A DNA stretch of 64,000 nucleotides from an uncultured Chloroflexia bacterium (GCA_963757055.1 CAVWPX010000003.1:1986-65985); one strand, 5' to 3'. Positions 18,248 through 29,255 are shown, numbered from the stretch's first letter. Notes: a model not told the origin generated them from the sequence alone. Translations and numbers: made by a program.

Positions 18248-19630
18248 TCAGCCGCCGTCGGCGGCCTTCGCTTCGGCCCATCGCTTGTTGAGGTCGGCGA
18301 AGATCTTGTCCATGCCGTCCTTGGTCTGGCCACGCGCATCGTCGACGATGGCCTGGCGGTAGACGTTGCCCCAGATGTCGATCTTGGCGTCGTTGGCGAT
18401 CTTGTCGCGAAGACCTTCCTCGCCCTTCGGCGCCGCGTTCTCGGCGAAGAGGTTCACGCCCTTGTCCTGGAAGTCCTTGAACCAGGCCGGGGGCGCACCC
18501 GTCAGCGACGTCGGGATCCCGGCCTCATTGGCCGCGTACCCGGAGTCGTCGATGAAGTAGCTGACCCACGCCTTGGCGGCATCCATGCACTTGGTGTTCT
18601 TGTTGATCGCCAGCCGGAGGTCGCCGCCGACCGTCGACTGGAACTTGCCGTCGACCTGCACGGGGAACGGCATGTAGGCGATGTTGTTCGGGTCGACGCT
18701 GGCGACCTTCGCCCGGCCCTGCATCTGGCTGATCGCCCACGAGCCGAGCGGCATCACGCCGATCTTGCCGGTGGCGACCAGGTCCTTGGACGGCTCCCAG
18801 TCGGTGGTCGTCGGGTCCTTCTCGTTGAGGCCCGCCTTGACCACGTCGTAGAGGAGCTTGTCGGTGATGTACATGCCCTTGCCCGGATCCCACGGCGACG
18901 CGTCGTGGGCCATCTTCGCGCTGAAGTCCGGGTCGGCCACGGAGATCACGCTGTACGGCTGCCACTGCGACATCGGCCAGCCGGCCTTGTAATTGGTGTA
19001 CAGCGGGTCCACGCCCGGGACCTTGGCCTTGACCTGCTGGAGGTCGGCCAGGAACTCGTCCGGCGTCTTCGGCCACTCGGTGATGCCGGCCTTGGTGAAG
19101 ACGTCCTTGTTGTAGAGGATGCCGTTGGCGTTGCCGTTGATGGCGATGCCGTAGACCTGGCCCTCGAAGCTGCCGCTCTCCTCGATGAAGCGGTACTTGG
19201 CCTTGAGGTCGTCGACCGTGCCGAGCGGTGCGAAGTAGGTGGAGTAGTCGGCGGCGTTGACGCCGTTCGGGATCACCAGCACGTCACCGTAGTCGCCGCC
19301 GGCGAGGCGGGTCTTCACGATGTTGTGGTAGTCGGTGATGCTCTCGGTCTTGATCTCCTTGATCCCCGGGTACTTCGCCGCGAACGGGTCGACGTAGAGC
19401 TTCTTCCAGTCGCCGCTCTGGTCGAGGTCGGTGCGATGGTTGAGGATCGTGAACGAGTCGCAGGCGACGGCCGCGGTGCTCGGGGCGGCCGATGCCGCCA
19501 CGGACGCGGCGGCGGACGGGGCGGCCGATGCTGCGGTCGACGGGGCGGTGCTGGCGCCGCCGTTCGAGCACGCGAGCATCGAGATGCTCAACAGGAAGCC
19601 GGTCAGGATCGTCGTGAAACGCTTACCCAT
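18248..19630 (-). CDS. ABC transporter extracellular solute-binding lipoprotein (sugar family)
   Basis: Intact 460-aa ORF. GGAGAG before the ATG. Lipobox SMLAC followed by an Ala/Ser/Thr/Pro linker. Confidence 0.8.
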   Translation of the reverse strand: MGKRFTTILTGFLLSISMLACSNGGASTAPSTAASAAPSAAASVAASAAPSTAAVACDSFTILNHRTDLDQSGDWKKLYVDPFAAKYPGIKEIKTESITDYHNIVKTRLAGGDYGDVLVIPNGVNAADYSTYFAPLGTVDDLKAKYRFIEESGSFEGQVYGIAINGNANGILYNKDVFTKAGITEWPKTPDEFLADLQQVKAKVPGVDPLYTNYKAGWPMSQWQPYSVISVADPDFSAKMAHDASPWDPGKGMYITDKLLYDVVKAGLNEKDPTTTDWEPSKDLVATGKIGVMPLGSWAISQMQGRAKVASVDPNNIAYMPFPVQVDGKFQSTVGGDLRLAINKNTKCMDAAKAWVSYFIDDSGYAANEAGIPTSLTGAPPAWFKDFQDKGVNLFAENAAPKGEEGLRDKIANDAKIDIWGNVYRQAIVDDARGQTKDGMDKIFADLNKRWAEAKAADGG

Positions 19631-19885
19631 GCTGCTCTCCGACTATCGAGTGCCGAGGGGATGGGACGGGCGCGATCGCGCCTCGGGCTTGCCGGGGTGT
19701 CGAGGCGAGCTCGTCACCGACGCGGCCTCATGACGTCACTGGTCGCACCAAGGACTCCTCCTCCTCGTCCGTACCGCGGTAGCGATCCCGCCTATTCGCG
19801 CAGGTCACAAGCGGGCATCGGCTGCCGACCTCCTCCGGAAGCGGGGCTCACGCTACGCCCGGTTCTCTCACGGTGTCAAGTCAGA

Positions 19886-19908
19886 TTCCAGTTTCGATAC
19901 AACTGGAA
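19886..19908. promoter_or_regulatory. inverted repeat ttccagtt-N7-aactggaa, candidate operator
   Basis: Perfect 8-bp arms directly upstream of the -35 box at 19915. Does not match the classic LacI operator consensus. Confidence 0.3.
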
Positions 19909-19914
19909 CATCAC

Positions 19915-19942
19915 TTGACATCAGAAACGGACCTGCTAGAAT
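19915..19942 (+). promoter_or_regulatory. sigma-70-like promoter TTGACA-16 nt-TAGAAT upstream of the GH130 gene
   Basis: TTGACA at 19915-19920 and TAGAAT at 19937-19942, about 70 nt upstream of ATG 20013, within a 382-nt divergent intergenic region. Confidence 0.5.
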
Positions 19943-20012
19943 GCGGCCCGCACCCCGCCGGTCCGACCGAGCGCCCTGGTGCGACGATGCAGGACGTGTT
20001 GGGGAAGGTGCG

Positions 20013-21022
20013 ATGACGTCAGTGCTCCGGCCGGCGGATGGATCCGTTCGACCGACCCCCGGGCCGGCGTTCCCGTGGGAGGATCGCCCGGCGGGGACTG
20101 GCGCGCTCCTGTGGCGCTCGAGCCTGAACCCGGTCATCCCGCGCGACCTGCTGCCTCGCTCCAACAGCATCTTCAACTCGGCCGTCGTCCCCTTCGAAGG
20201 CGGCTTCGCCGGGGTCTTCCGGGTCGACGACACCTCCCGCTCCATGAACCTGCATGCGGGACGGAGCGCCGACGGGATCGACTGGCAGATCGACCCGGAC
20301 CCGATCGCCTTCCAGCCGACCGACGAGCGCGTCGCCGAGGTCCAGGAGCAGCTTCGAGCACGCGTACGACCCGCGGGTCACCTGGCTCGAGGACCGCTGG
20401 TACGTGACCTGGTGCAACGGCTACCACGGGCCGACGATCGGCGTCGGCTACACGCACGACTTCCAGACGTTCCACCAGCTCGACAACGCGTTCCTGCCGT
20501 TCAATCGCAACGGCGTCCTGTTCCCGCGCCGGATCGGCGGCCGGTACGCGATGCTCAGCCGGCCGTCCGACAACGGGCACACGCCATTCGGCGACATCTT
20601 CTACTCGGAGAGCCCCGACCTCGTCCACTGGGGCCGTCACCGTCACGTGATGTCGCCCGATGCCGTGGACCTGGCAGTCGACCAAGATCGGCGCCGGTCC
20701 CACCCCGATCGAGACCCCCGAGGGATGGCTGCTCATCTACCACGGCGTCCTGACGTCGTGCAACGGGTTCGTCTACTCGATGGGGGCGGCGCTGCTCGAC
20801 CTCGACGAGCCGTGGAAGGTCATCGCGCGCGGCCGTGACTACCTGCTGTCGCCGCAGGTCCCCTACGAGCAGGTCGGCGACGTGCCGAACGTGGTGTTCC
20901 CGTGCGCGGCGCTGGTCGACGAGGCCACGGACCGGATCACGATCTACTACGGCGCGGCCGACACGGTCACATGCCTGGCGCACGGCTACCTCTCGGAGGT
21001 CATCGCCTCGGTCCGCGGGTGA
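20013..21022 (+). pseudogene. GH130-family beta-mannoside phosphorylase/hydrolase, 2 frame switches (near 20350 and 20650)
   Basis: GGGGAAGG then ATG 20013. Three pieces join: ...NSIFNSAVVPFEGGFAGVFRVDD..., [26 protein letters not shown]..., [30 protein letters not shown].... Length is 3n+2. Confidence 0.7.
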
Positions 21023-21025
21023 CGG

Positions 21026-22119
21026 CTAGGCCGGGACGCCCTTCCCGGTCGTCGCGGCCGCCGGCGCGGCGATGCGACGGACCGACGCGCGATCGACCAG
21101 CCGGGGCCGGATGAACGCCTGCGTCATCGCCGACTGGCCGAACTCGAGGCGGTGCAACAGCAGGGTCACGGCAAGGCGGCCCATGCCCGAGCTTGTCGAC
21201 GGCCATCGTGGTCAGCTGCGGGGTCACGAACCGGGCGAGGTCGATGTCGTCGTAGCCCGCCACCGACAGGGCGCCCGGGATGTCGATGCCGGCCGCCTGC
21301 GCCGCCTGGATGAGCGCCACGGCGACATCGTCATTGCAGCAGAAGGCGGCCGTCACCTCGGGGTGCTCGGCGATGTACGCGCAGCGCGACCGGCGCCGCC
21401 GCCTCGGGCGGGACGTGGGCGACGTCGACGAAATGCGGGCGGAGGCCCGCCTCACCGATCGCCTGCTCATACCCGCGCCGGCGCTGGAGGATGCTCGGGA
21501 ATGAGTCGGGCCGGCTGCCGACGATGGCGATCTCGCGATGGCCGCGCGAGATGAGGTGCTCGACGACGACCCGGGCGCCCCCGACGTTGTCGCTCACGAC
21601 CGAATCGAAGGCAAGGTCCTCGGCGTACGCATCGACGAGGATCGCCGGCGGCCCATCCTCCAGGAGCGCCGTCGTCCCATGGCTCAGGTGCGCGCCGATG
21701 ACGATCAGGCCGTCGCACGAGCGCTCGGTGACGAGGCGGGGCACCTCGAGCGGGTAGTACTGGGCATCGACCGGCATGGCCGCGAACAGGAGGTCGACCT
21801 CGCGGATCCGGCAGATCTCCTCGATGCCCGCCATGACGGGGGCGTAGAAGCGGTTCACACCGGGGGCGTCGCCGTGGGGCGCCTTGATGATCAGCCCGAC
21901 GGTGACCTGCCGGGCACGCCGGGCGGTCGTCCTGGAGATGCCGCGATAGCCCAGCCGCCGAGCGTGCTCGACCACCCGGTCGCGGGTCTCGCGGCTGACG
22001 CCTGGCTCGCCGCGGATCGCGAGCGAGGCCGCCGCGGGCGAGACGCCCGCCGCCTGCGCGACGTCGGCCAGCGTGATCCGTCGCCGGCCGTCTGCCTCGT
22101 TCCCGTTCGTGTCGCTCAC
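21026..22119 (-). pseudogene. LacI-family transcriptional regulator, 2 frame switches
   Basis: GTG 22119. HTH ITLADVAQAAGVSPAAASLAIRG. Sugar-binding core continues in ORF 21000..21470. The last 55 aa (GMGRLAVTLLLHRLEFG...) are in a third frame ending at TAG (21026-21028). Confidence 0.7.
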
Positions 22120-22373
22120 CAGGCGACTGACACTATCAGTCCGTTCCGAGGGCCGTCAATGCGACGTGCGGCGGCACGCGAGCGTGAGACGATCGCAGCC
22201 ACGGCGGAAATCAAGTCGATTCGACGCTTCATCACTTGACAGGTCCAGTACGGCCAGCCTACCGTCGAAACGGGGCCGTCGCCTCCTCCACGGGGCAGCT
22301 GCCACCTCCTCCCGGCGGCTGCCCCGTCCTGCTGTGCCAGACTTCGGGCAAGCCCGATGTGGAGGTCCCGGCC

Positions 22374-22764
22374 ATGTCATTCCTGGTCGATTTCGACGAT
22401 GTCCCGCCCCTCGACGTCTGGGGCCCCGCGGTCCGCGCCAGGTCCATCAACGGCGAGCGCGTGACCCTGGCCCTCGTGGAGCTGGCCCCGGATGCGCCGG
22501 TCCCGGAGCATCGACACGAGAACGAGCAGATGGGCATGGTCATCACCGGCACGATGACCTTCACGGTCGACGGCGAGACCCGCACCCTCGGGACCGGGCG
22601 GGACCTGGCGGATCCCGCCGAACCGGCCGCACCACGCGGTCGCCGGGCCGGAGGGCGCGGTCGTCGTCGACCTCTTCGCGCCGCTCCGGACCGATTGGGA
22701 CGAGCGCCCGCATCTCGACCCGCGACCGGCCGCCTGGCCGGGTCGGACCGCGACCGGCGGCTGA
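22374..22764 (+). pseudogene. cupin-domain protein, one frame switch near 22600
   Basis: GGAGG 7 nt before ATG 22374. PVPEHRHENEQMGMVITG then TWRIPPNRPHHAVAGPEGAVVVDLFAP in the next frame to TGA 22762-22764. Length is 3n+1. Confidence 0.65.
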
Positions 22765-22837
22765 CGGGCCGACCGTCATCGACGACACGCCGGACACGAG
22801 CGGCGCTCCGCCGCCCCGCATCGTCACGCTGGTCCTC

Positions 22838-24052
22838 GTGGACGAGCGCGGGGCGGTCCTCGGCGCGCTGCCCCCGTTCGAGGCCGCGACGCCCTGGTGG
22901 CAGGACATCGGGCCGGTCGTGGACGGCGCCCGCGAGCGGTTCGCCGTGGACGTGACGGTGCTGCGGCTGCTCCGGGCCGATCGCCCGCACCCGCCCGGCG
23001 GCGCGGTCACCTACCTCGCCGAGCCGGGCAGCGCCGACGGCGCGCCCGACCGGGTCCCGGGCGTCGGCGCCCTGGCGCCATGGGCCGGCGACCTCCCGGA
23101 CGACCCGCTGCGGCAGACCTGGGCACGACCCGGCGGGCCCGACGCCGACCTCGCGTGGGCGGACACGGTCCTCGCCGCGCTCGGCCGGCCGCGGGTCGCG
23201 CGGGCACAGCAGGTCCGGACGTGGAACCTCTCGAGCCTGTGGCGGCTCGAGACCGCCGGACGGCGCGGCGTGGCTCAAGGTCGTCCCGCCGTTCTTCGCG
23301 CACGAGGGCGCGCTGCTCGACGCGCTGGCGGGCGGGCCCGTGGCCGTCCCGCGCGTGCTCGGGCGCGACGGCCCGCGGTCGCTGCTCGACGAGGTGCCCG
23401 GCGACGACCGCTACGACGCCCCGATCGCCGAGCGGCTCGCGATGATCGACGGCCTCGTCCGCCTCCAGGCGGCATGGTCGACGCGGACCGACGAGCTGCT
23501 CGGTCTGGGGCTGCCCGACTGGCGCGGCCGCGGCCCTCTCGCAGGCGATCGCGGCGCTCGTCGAGCGCGAGCGCGACGGCCTGGGCGGCCGGGATCGCGC
23601 GACGCTCGGCGCGTTCGTCGCCGATCTCCCGGCACGGTTCGCCGCGCTGGCGGCCTGCGGCCTCCCCGACACGCTGGTCCACGGCGACTTCCATCCGGGC
23701 AACGTCCGCGGTGACGGCACGACGATGACGCTCCTCGACTGGGGCGACGCGGGCGTCGGGCACCCGCTCCTCGACCAGCCGGCGTTCCTCGCGGTGAGTC
23801 CCGGATCGACGCGGACGTCGCCGCCGATCGCGCTCGCTGGGCCGCGGCCTGGCGGATCGGCCGTCCCCGGATCGGATCCGGAGCGCGCCGCCGCCCTCCT
23901 CGCGCCCGTCGCCGCCGCGCGACAGGCCGTGATCTACCGCCGGTTCCTCGACGGGATCGAGGCCAGCCGAGCACCCGTACCACCGCGGCGACGTGCCCGC
24001 GTGGCTGCGTCGCACGGTCGCCATCCTCGAGGCGGAGCGCGTGGGAGACTGA
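22838..24052 (+). pseudogene. aminoglycoside-phosphotransferase-fold kinase (APH/choline-kinase family), about 5 frame switches; start uncertain
   Basis: Catalytic loop LVHGDFHPGNV and LLDWGDAG. C-terminal end FLDGIEASEHPYHRGDVPAWLRRTV reached only by frame changes (order 2,0,1,0,1,2). The first in-frame start I see is GTG 22838. Confidence 0.55.
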
Positions 24053-24056
24053 CGCG

Positions 24057-24870
24057 ATGGGCGGACGCAGCGAGACCTACACCCACGGCCACCACGAGAG
24101 CGTCCTGCGCTCGCATCGCTGGCGGACGGCCGCCAACTCGGCGGCCTACCTCCTGCCCCATCTCGCCCCGGGGCTCGACCTGCTCGATGTCGGCTGCGGC
24201 CCCGGGACCATCACGCTCGACCTCGCCCGTGCCGTGGCGCCGGGCCGGGTCGTCGGCATCGACGCCGTCGAGGAGCCGCTGATCGCAGCGAGGGCCGAGG
24301 CCGCCGCCGCCGGGGTCGGGACCGTGACCTACGCGGTCGGCGACGCCTACGCGCTCGGATTCGACGACGCCAGCTTCGACGTGGTCCACGCCCACCAGGT
24401 CCTCCAGCACCTCGCCGATCCCGTCGCCGCGCTCCGCGAGATGCGCCGGGTCTGCCGGGCCGGGCGGGCTCGTGGCGGCCCGGGACAGCGACTACGCCGC
24501 GATGGCCTGGTACCCCGCCGACCCCGACCTCGACCGCTGGCTCGCGCTCTACGAGGCCGTCGCCCGGCGCAACGGCGGCGAGCCGGACGCGGGGCGGCGG
24601 CTGCTTGGGTGGGCGCTCGAGGCCGGGTTCGAGGACGTGACGCCGTCGGCATCGACATGGTGCTTCGCGACGCCCGACGACCGCGCCTGGTGGGGCGGCC
24701 TCTGGGCGGATCGGGTGACCAGCTCGGCCTTCGCGACCCACGCCGTCGACGGTGGCCTGGCCGACCGCGAGGAGCTGTCCCGGATCGCCGACGCGTGGCA
24801 CCGCTGGGCGGCCGCGCCCGACGGCTGGTTCATCGTCCCGTGCGGCGAGATCCTCTGCCGCGCGAGCTGA
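24057..24870 (+). pseudogene. class I SAM-dependent methyltransferase, one frame switch near 24457-24468
   Basis: Motif I LLDVGCGPGTITLDLA. The C-terminal half is in ORF 24472..24870 (LVAARDSDYAAMAWYP...). Switch lies in a cgggccgggcggg context. Length is 3n+1. Confidence 0.7.
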
Positions 24871-24926
24871 CCGGCTGACCGGCGCGCCGGACTTGGCAGT
24901 CGGCCGGTGAGGCCTATCCTGTCGGC

Positions 24927-25776
24927 GTGAGCCTGTACACCCTCGACGACCCGGGCGACCTCGTCGCCCCGACCATCCTCGCCGCCTTCGACGGCTGGGT
25001 GGATGCCGGAGCCGCGGCCACGACGGCGCTCGAGCAGGTCGCCGGCGAGGCGTCGGTCATCGCGACCTTCGACCCCGACGCGCTCTTCGACTACCGCGCC
25101 CGCCGTCCGCCGCTCGAGATCGTCGACGGGCGGCTCGCCGAGCTGACCTGGCCCGAGCTCGTGATCCGCCGGACCCGCGTCGGCCGACCGCGACCTCCTC
25201 GTGCTCGTCGGCCCGGAACCGGACTACCGCTGGCGGGCCGTGGCCGACGCCGTCATCGAGCTCGCCCATCGCCTCGGCGTCGCCGAGTGGATCAGCCTCG
25301 GGGCGATCCCCGCGGCCGTGCCGCATACCCGGTCCGTGCCGATCCTCGGGACAGAATCGGCCCCCGGGCTCCTCAAGGCCGAGGTGCCGGCCGGCCCCGC
25401 GGGCATCCTCCGCGTGCCGTCGGCGCTGGTCTCGGCGCTCGAGATCGAGGTCGCCCGGGCCGGGATCCCGGCGCTCGGCTACTTCGCGCAGGTGCCGCAC
25501 TACATCTCCGGCCCGTACCCGGCGGCGTCGGTCGCCCTGCTCGAGACCGTCGGCCATCACCTCGGGGCGCATCTCCCGGCCGGCGACCTCGAGGACGAGG
25601 CTCGCCAGCTCCGCAGCCGTCTCGACGCGGCCGCCGCCATCGAAGAGACGACGCGGACCTACGTCGAGCGGCTCGAGTCGATGGTGGACGAGCAGCGTCT
25701 GCCGGCCGGCGACGACCTGATCGCCGACATCGAACGGTTCCTGCGCGACCGCGGGGGCGAGAGCACGCAGCGCTGA
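24927..25776 (+). pseudogene. PAC2-family (proteasome-assembly-chaperone-like) protein, one frame switch near 25195
   Basis: GTG start. N-terminal part ILAAFDGWVDAGAAAT..., continues as LLVLVGPEPDYRW... in ORF 25201..25776. Length is 3n+1. Confidence 0.6.
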
Positions 25777-25863
25777 GATCGGGCGGTCCGCGATGGCCGG
25801 CGCGCGCCGGCGGCCGCGCGGACTACATGACACGGACTGTCATGGATTGACTATGCTGCCCCG

Positions 25864-26905
25864 ATGCGTGCCAGCCGACTGGTCAACCTGCTCCTGCTCC
25901 TGCAGTCCCGCGGCGGCCTGACGGCGGGTGAGCTCGCGGACGAGCTCGAGGTCTCGGTGCGGACCATCCACCGCGATGTCGACGCCCTGAGCGCGGCCGG
26001 CGTGCCGATCTTCGCCGAGCGCGGGCCGCATGGCGGCATCCGCCTGGTCGACGGCTATCGGACCCGTCTGACCGGCATGACCGCGGACGAGGCGGAGGCG
26101 GTGTTCCTGTCCGGCCTGCCCGGGCCTGCCGCGGAGCTGGGGCTGGGCACGGTCGTCGCCGCGGCCCGGCTCAAGGTGCTCGCGGCCCTGCCCGCGGAGC
26201 TGCGCTCGCGGGCCTCGCGGCTGGTGGAGCGGTTCCACCTCGATGCCGCCGGCTGGTTCCAGGCCGGCGAGCCGGTGCCGCATCTCGGGACGGTCGCCGA
26301 GGCGGTCTGGGAGGGGCAGGCGCTGCGCATCGAGTACCGCCGCGAGCGCATGCCGGTCGCCCGCGACCTCGGGCCGCTGGGCGTCGTGCTCAAGGGCGGG
26401 GTCTGGTACCTCGTGGCGACCTCGGACGGTCAGATCCGCACGTATCGCGTCTCGCGGATCGTCTCGGCGGCCCCGTTGGGCCATGCCTTCGAGCGGCCGG
26501 CCGGCTTCGACCTGGCCGCCTACTGGGCGGAGTCGAGCGCGGCGTACGAGCGCGACAGCCCGCGGATCGCGGTGGTCGTTCGGGTGGCGGAGGACCGGAT
26601 GGGAGCCCTGATGGACGCCGTCGGGCTACTCGACGGTCCAGGCCGGCGACCGACTCGCGGACCCGGACGTGGACGGCTGGCTCCGACTTCGGCTGGAGCT
26701 CAGCTGGCCGGAGGAGGCGCACCTCCGGCTCCTCGCGGCGGGCTCGAGCATCGAGGTGCTCGAGCCGCCGGAGGTGCGAGAGCGGCTCATCGCGACCGCG
26801 ACGCGGATCCTCGCCCGCTACGTGGCCGACGGACCGGTCGAGGGCCGGCGTCCGACGGCCGCCCGGGAGTCGGCCGCCGTCGGACGAGGCGCCTCGGGGG
26901 ACTGA
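25864..26905 (+). pseudogene. YafY/PafBC-like HTH-WYL-WCX transcriptional regulator, one frame switch near 26625
   Basis: N-terminal HTH LTAGELADELEVSVRTIHRDVDAL. WYL motif GGVWYLVATSDGQIRTYRVSRI. The C-terminal domain continues in ORF 26669..26905. Length is 3n+1. Confidence 0.75.
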
Positions 26906-27015
26906 GATGGTCGTGACGCCTTCGCGGCGTCCGCGAAACGACGGCGCTGGATCGCAGCCTCGAGCGCACGGTCGCGGTCCGACTCGATCGCCATCAGCAG
27001 TTCGATGGTCAACAT
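26818..27015 (-). CDS. possible small protein (65 aa or shorter)
   Basis: GAGGA about 9 nt before ATG 27015. The first ~33 aa (MLTIELLMAIESDRDRALEAAIQRRRFADAAKA) look helical. The rest overlaps the 3' end of the WYL gene and looks like frame noise. Confidence 0.25.
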   Translation of the reverse strand: MLTIELLMAIESDRDRALEAAIQRRRFADAAKASRPSQSPEAPRPTAADSRAAVGRRPSTGPSAT

Positions 27016-27187
27016 GGTCTGGGGTCCTCGCGCTTCGCTGTGGATGTCTTCCGTCCTGTCATCTGGAGCATCCCAGACATACCTGCCAGAAACCGGCATG
27101 AATGTCGCCGAACCGGCCAACAGAGCGAGTCGGGTACCCTGTCGCATGACATGACCGGCCGGGCTGGGCCGGTCGAGCGGAGGTGCC

Positions 27188-28195
27188 GTGCAGCAGCGAG
27201 GAACGCAGTCGCGCCGGGCGCGGGCGAGCGAGATGATGGATCCGTCGCAGGGCTCGCAGCCGGGTGGCGGACCGGGCAGCACCCAATGGCGCCACTGGCC
27301 CCTCGTCGCGATCATCGCGCTCATCGCGGCCACCGCCGGCTGGACCACGGTCGCGGTGATGGTCCTCGACGGACGGAACGGCGCGGTCGCCCAGGTCACC
27401 CCGACGCCGGCCGACACCAGCGAGGACGTGCTTCCCAGCGACGATCCCGGCGACTCCGTGGCGCTGTCGCACGCGGTCCCGGAGCTGGAGGCCCTCCTGC
27501 CGACGACCGTGGACGACCTCACGCTCACCACCGAGAGCATCCTCGGGTCCACGTATCTCGGTGACGACGCCTGGAGCACGGCCGTCCGCGCCGAGCTGAC
27601 CAAGGCGAAGCTGACCGACGACGACCTGAAGATCGGCGTCGCCTACGACACGAGCGGCGACCCGCGGCAGCTCAGCATCACCGTGTACCAGGCCAAGGGC
27701 ACGGACACGGAGGCGATGCTGAAGGCCATGGTCGACAGCTACGCGGCGCTCGATCCGCCCTACGCGATCAGCACGACCACCGTCGCCGACAAGGCGGTCA
27801 CCAAGGCGGTCGCCACCGACGGCGCGGACGACTCGCTCGACATCTACTGGTACGTCAACGACGGGAACATCTACGACATCGAGACCACCGACGATGCGCT
27901 CGCCGGCGCGGCGATCGCGGCCCTGCCGCCCGTGACCGACGCCCCGCCGCCCGCCGCCGTCGACCGCGGCGCCATCGGGCACGGCAGCGCCATCGGGCAC
28001 GGCGGCTCCCTCCGCCAGCTGACAACGCCCGGAAACGACGGACTCCCGGGCCGCCGAAGCGTCACGGGAGTCGAGGAGGGCGATCGGACCGCCGCATTCG
28101 GGCAGTGGTGCCGGCTCCGCTGCCGTTCGGCATCCCGCCGTCTGGTCAGCGCGCCGCCGGTCGATCCTCGGTGTCCGGCGGTCCGTTCGCGATGA
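27188..28195 (+). CDS. membrane-anchored hypothetical protein (N-terminal TM, extracytoplasmic domain)
   Basis: GGAGG 4 nt before GTG 27188. TM WPLVAIIALIAATAGWTTVAVMVL. The 3' end is uncertain: the +1 frame gives a tail STAAPSGTAAPSGTAAPSAS and a stop at 28020-28022. Confidence 0.55.
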   Translation: MQQRGTQSRRARASEMMDPSQGSQPGGGPGSTQWRHWPLVAIIALIAATAGWTTVAVMVLDGRNGAVAQVTPTPADTSEDVLPSDDPGDSVALSHAVPELEALLPTTVDDLTLTTESILGSTYLGDDAWSTAVRAELTKAKLTDDDLKIGVAYDTSGDPRQLSITVYQAKGTDTEAMLKAMVDSYAALDPPYAISTTTVADKAVTKAVATDGADDSLDIYWYVNDGNIYDIETTDDALAGAAIAALPPVTDAPPPAAVDRGAIGHGSAIGHGGSLRQLTTPGNDGLPGRRSVTGVEEGDRTAAFGQWCRLRCRSASRRLVSAPPVDPRCPAVRSR

Positions 28196-28376
28196 CCACA
28201 CCGTAGGCCTCGCCCCGTGGGCCGGACACCTGCCGAAGGTCATGAACCGGCATGGACGAATGTCCGCCCCGCGACCGCAATGCGGCGTTGACGCCGGAGG
28301 CCCGGTCCGCGATGCACCGCCGCGAGCCACGACCGTACGATGACGGCCACCATCGGAACCCGGAGGCCCAGTCCCC

Positions 28377-29243
28377 ATGACGTTCGACCCAGGCGCGCAG
28401 CTCGACCCCGGCCAGATCAGCGATCGCCGCGGCATGGGCGGGCGGACCGGCCTCGCCGTGGGCGGCGGCGGTCTCGGTCTCGTCCTCCTGCTCGCGTACA
28501 CCCTGCTCGGCGGCAACCCGAACGACCTCGGGCCGCTGCTGGAGCCCGGCGGCGTGACCGGCCCCGAGAGCTCGGCCCTCGCGACCGACTGCAAGACCGG
28601 CCAGGACGCCAACGCGCGCGAGGACTGCCGCATCCTCGGCTTCGTCAACAGCATCCAGGCGTACTGGACGGACGAGTTCGCGGCGTCGAACGAGACCTAC
28701 GTCCCCATCAAGACCGTGCTGTTCTCGGGTGCCACGGCGAGCGGTTGCGGCACGGCGAGCGCCGCGACCGGGCCGTTCTACTGCCCGACCGACAAGCTCG
28801 TCTACCTCGATCTCGGCTTCTTCGACGAGCTGCGAACCAGGTTCGGCGCGGAGGGCGGCTCGTTCGCCGAGGGATACGTCGTCGCGCACGAGTACGGCCA
28901 CCACGTCCAGGACCTCCTCGGGATCCTCGGGAGCCGGCAGGCGCAGGGCGAGGGGGCGCAGGGCGGCTCGGTCCGGACGGAGCTGCAGGCCGACTGCCTG
29001 GCGGGCGTCTGGGCCAACCATGCCGAAGCGGGGATCCTGGCACCGGTGACCGCCGCGCAGATCGCGGATGGCCTCGACGCGGCCGCCGCCGTCGGCGACG
29101 ACCGGATCCAGGAGGCGGTGAACGGCCGCGTCGATCCCGAGGGCTGGACCCACGGCTCGGCCGAGCAGCGCCAGCACTGGTTCACGACCGGCTACAAGAG
29201 CGGGTCGGCCAACGACTGCGACACCTTCAGCGGCGCGCTCTAG
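28377..29243 (+). CDS. YpfJ-type neutral zinc metallopeptidase, N-terminal TM
   Basis: Intact 288-aa ORF. GGAGG before the ATG. HExxH as [19 protein letters not shown] motif. Confidence 0.8.
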   Translation: MTFDPGAQLDPGQISDRRGMGGRTGLAVGGGGLGLVLLLAYTLLGGNPNDLGPLLEPGGVTGPESSALATDCKTGQDANAREDCRILGFVNSIQAYWTDEFAASNETYVPIKTVLFSGATASGCGTASAATGPFYCPTDKLVYLDLGFFDELRTRFGAEGGSFAEGYVVAHEYGHHVQDLLGILGSRQAQGEGAQGGSVRTELQADCLAGVWANHAEAGILAPVTAAQIADGLDAAAAVGDDRIQEAVNGRVDPEGWTHGSAEQRQHWFTTGYKSGSANDCDTFSGAL

Positions 29244-29255
29244 GACCGGATCGGG

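Noticed and set aside
26818-27603. 261-aa minus-strand ORF overlapping the 5' half of gene 27188..28195.
   Set aside because: Most of it is antisense to a gene with a good RBS, a TM helix and protein-like composition, and its own translation is Ser/Arg/Pro-rich noise. Only the last ~65 codons (26818-27015) were kept, as a low-confidence small gene.
27971-28006. Perfect-looking 18-bp tandem duplication gccatcgggcacggc(a/g)gc x2.
   Set aside because: It sits in the 3' part of gene 27188..28195 and encodes either AIGHGS/AIGHGG or, in the +1 frame, APSGTA x2. It is a small in-frame coding duplication that mainly makes the true stop (28022 versus 28195) uncertain.
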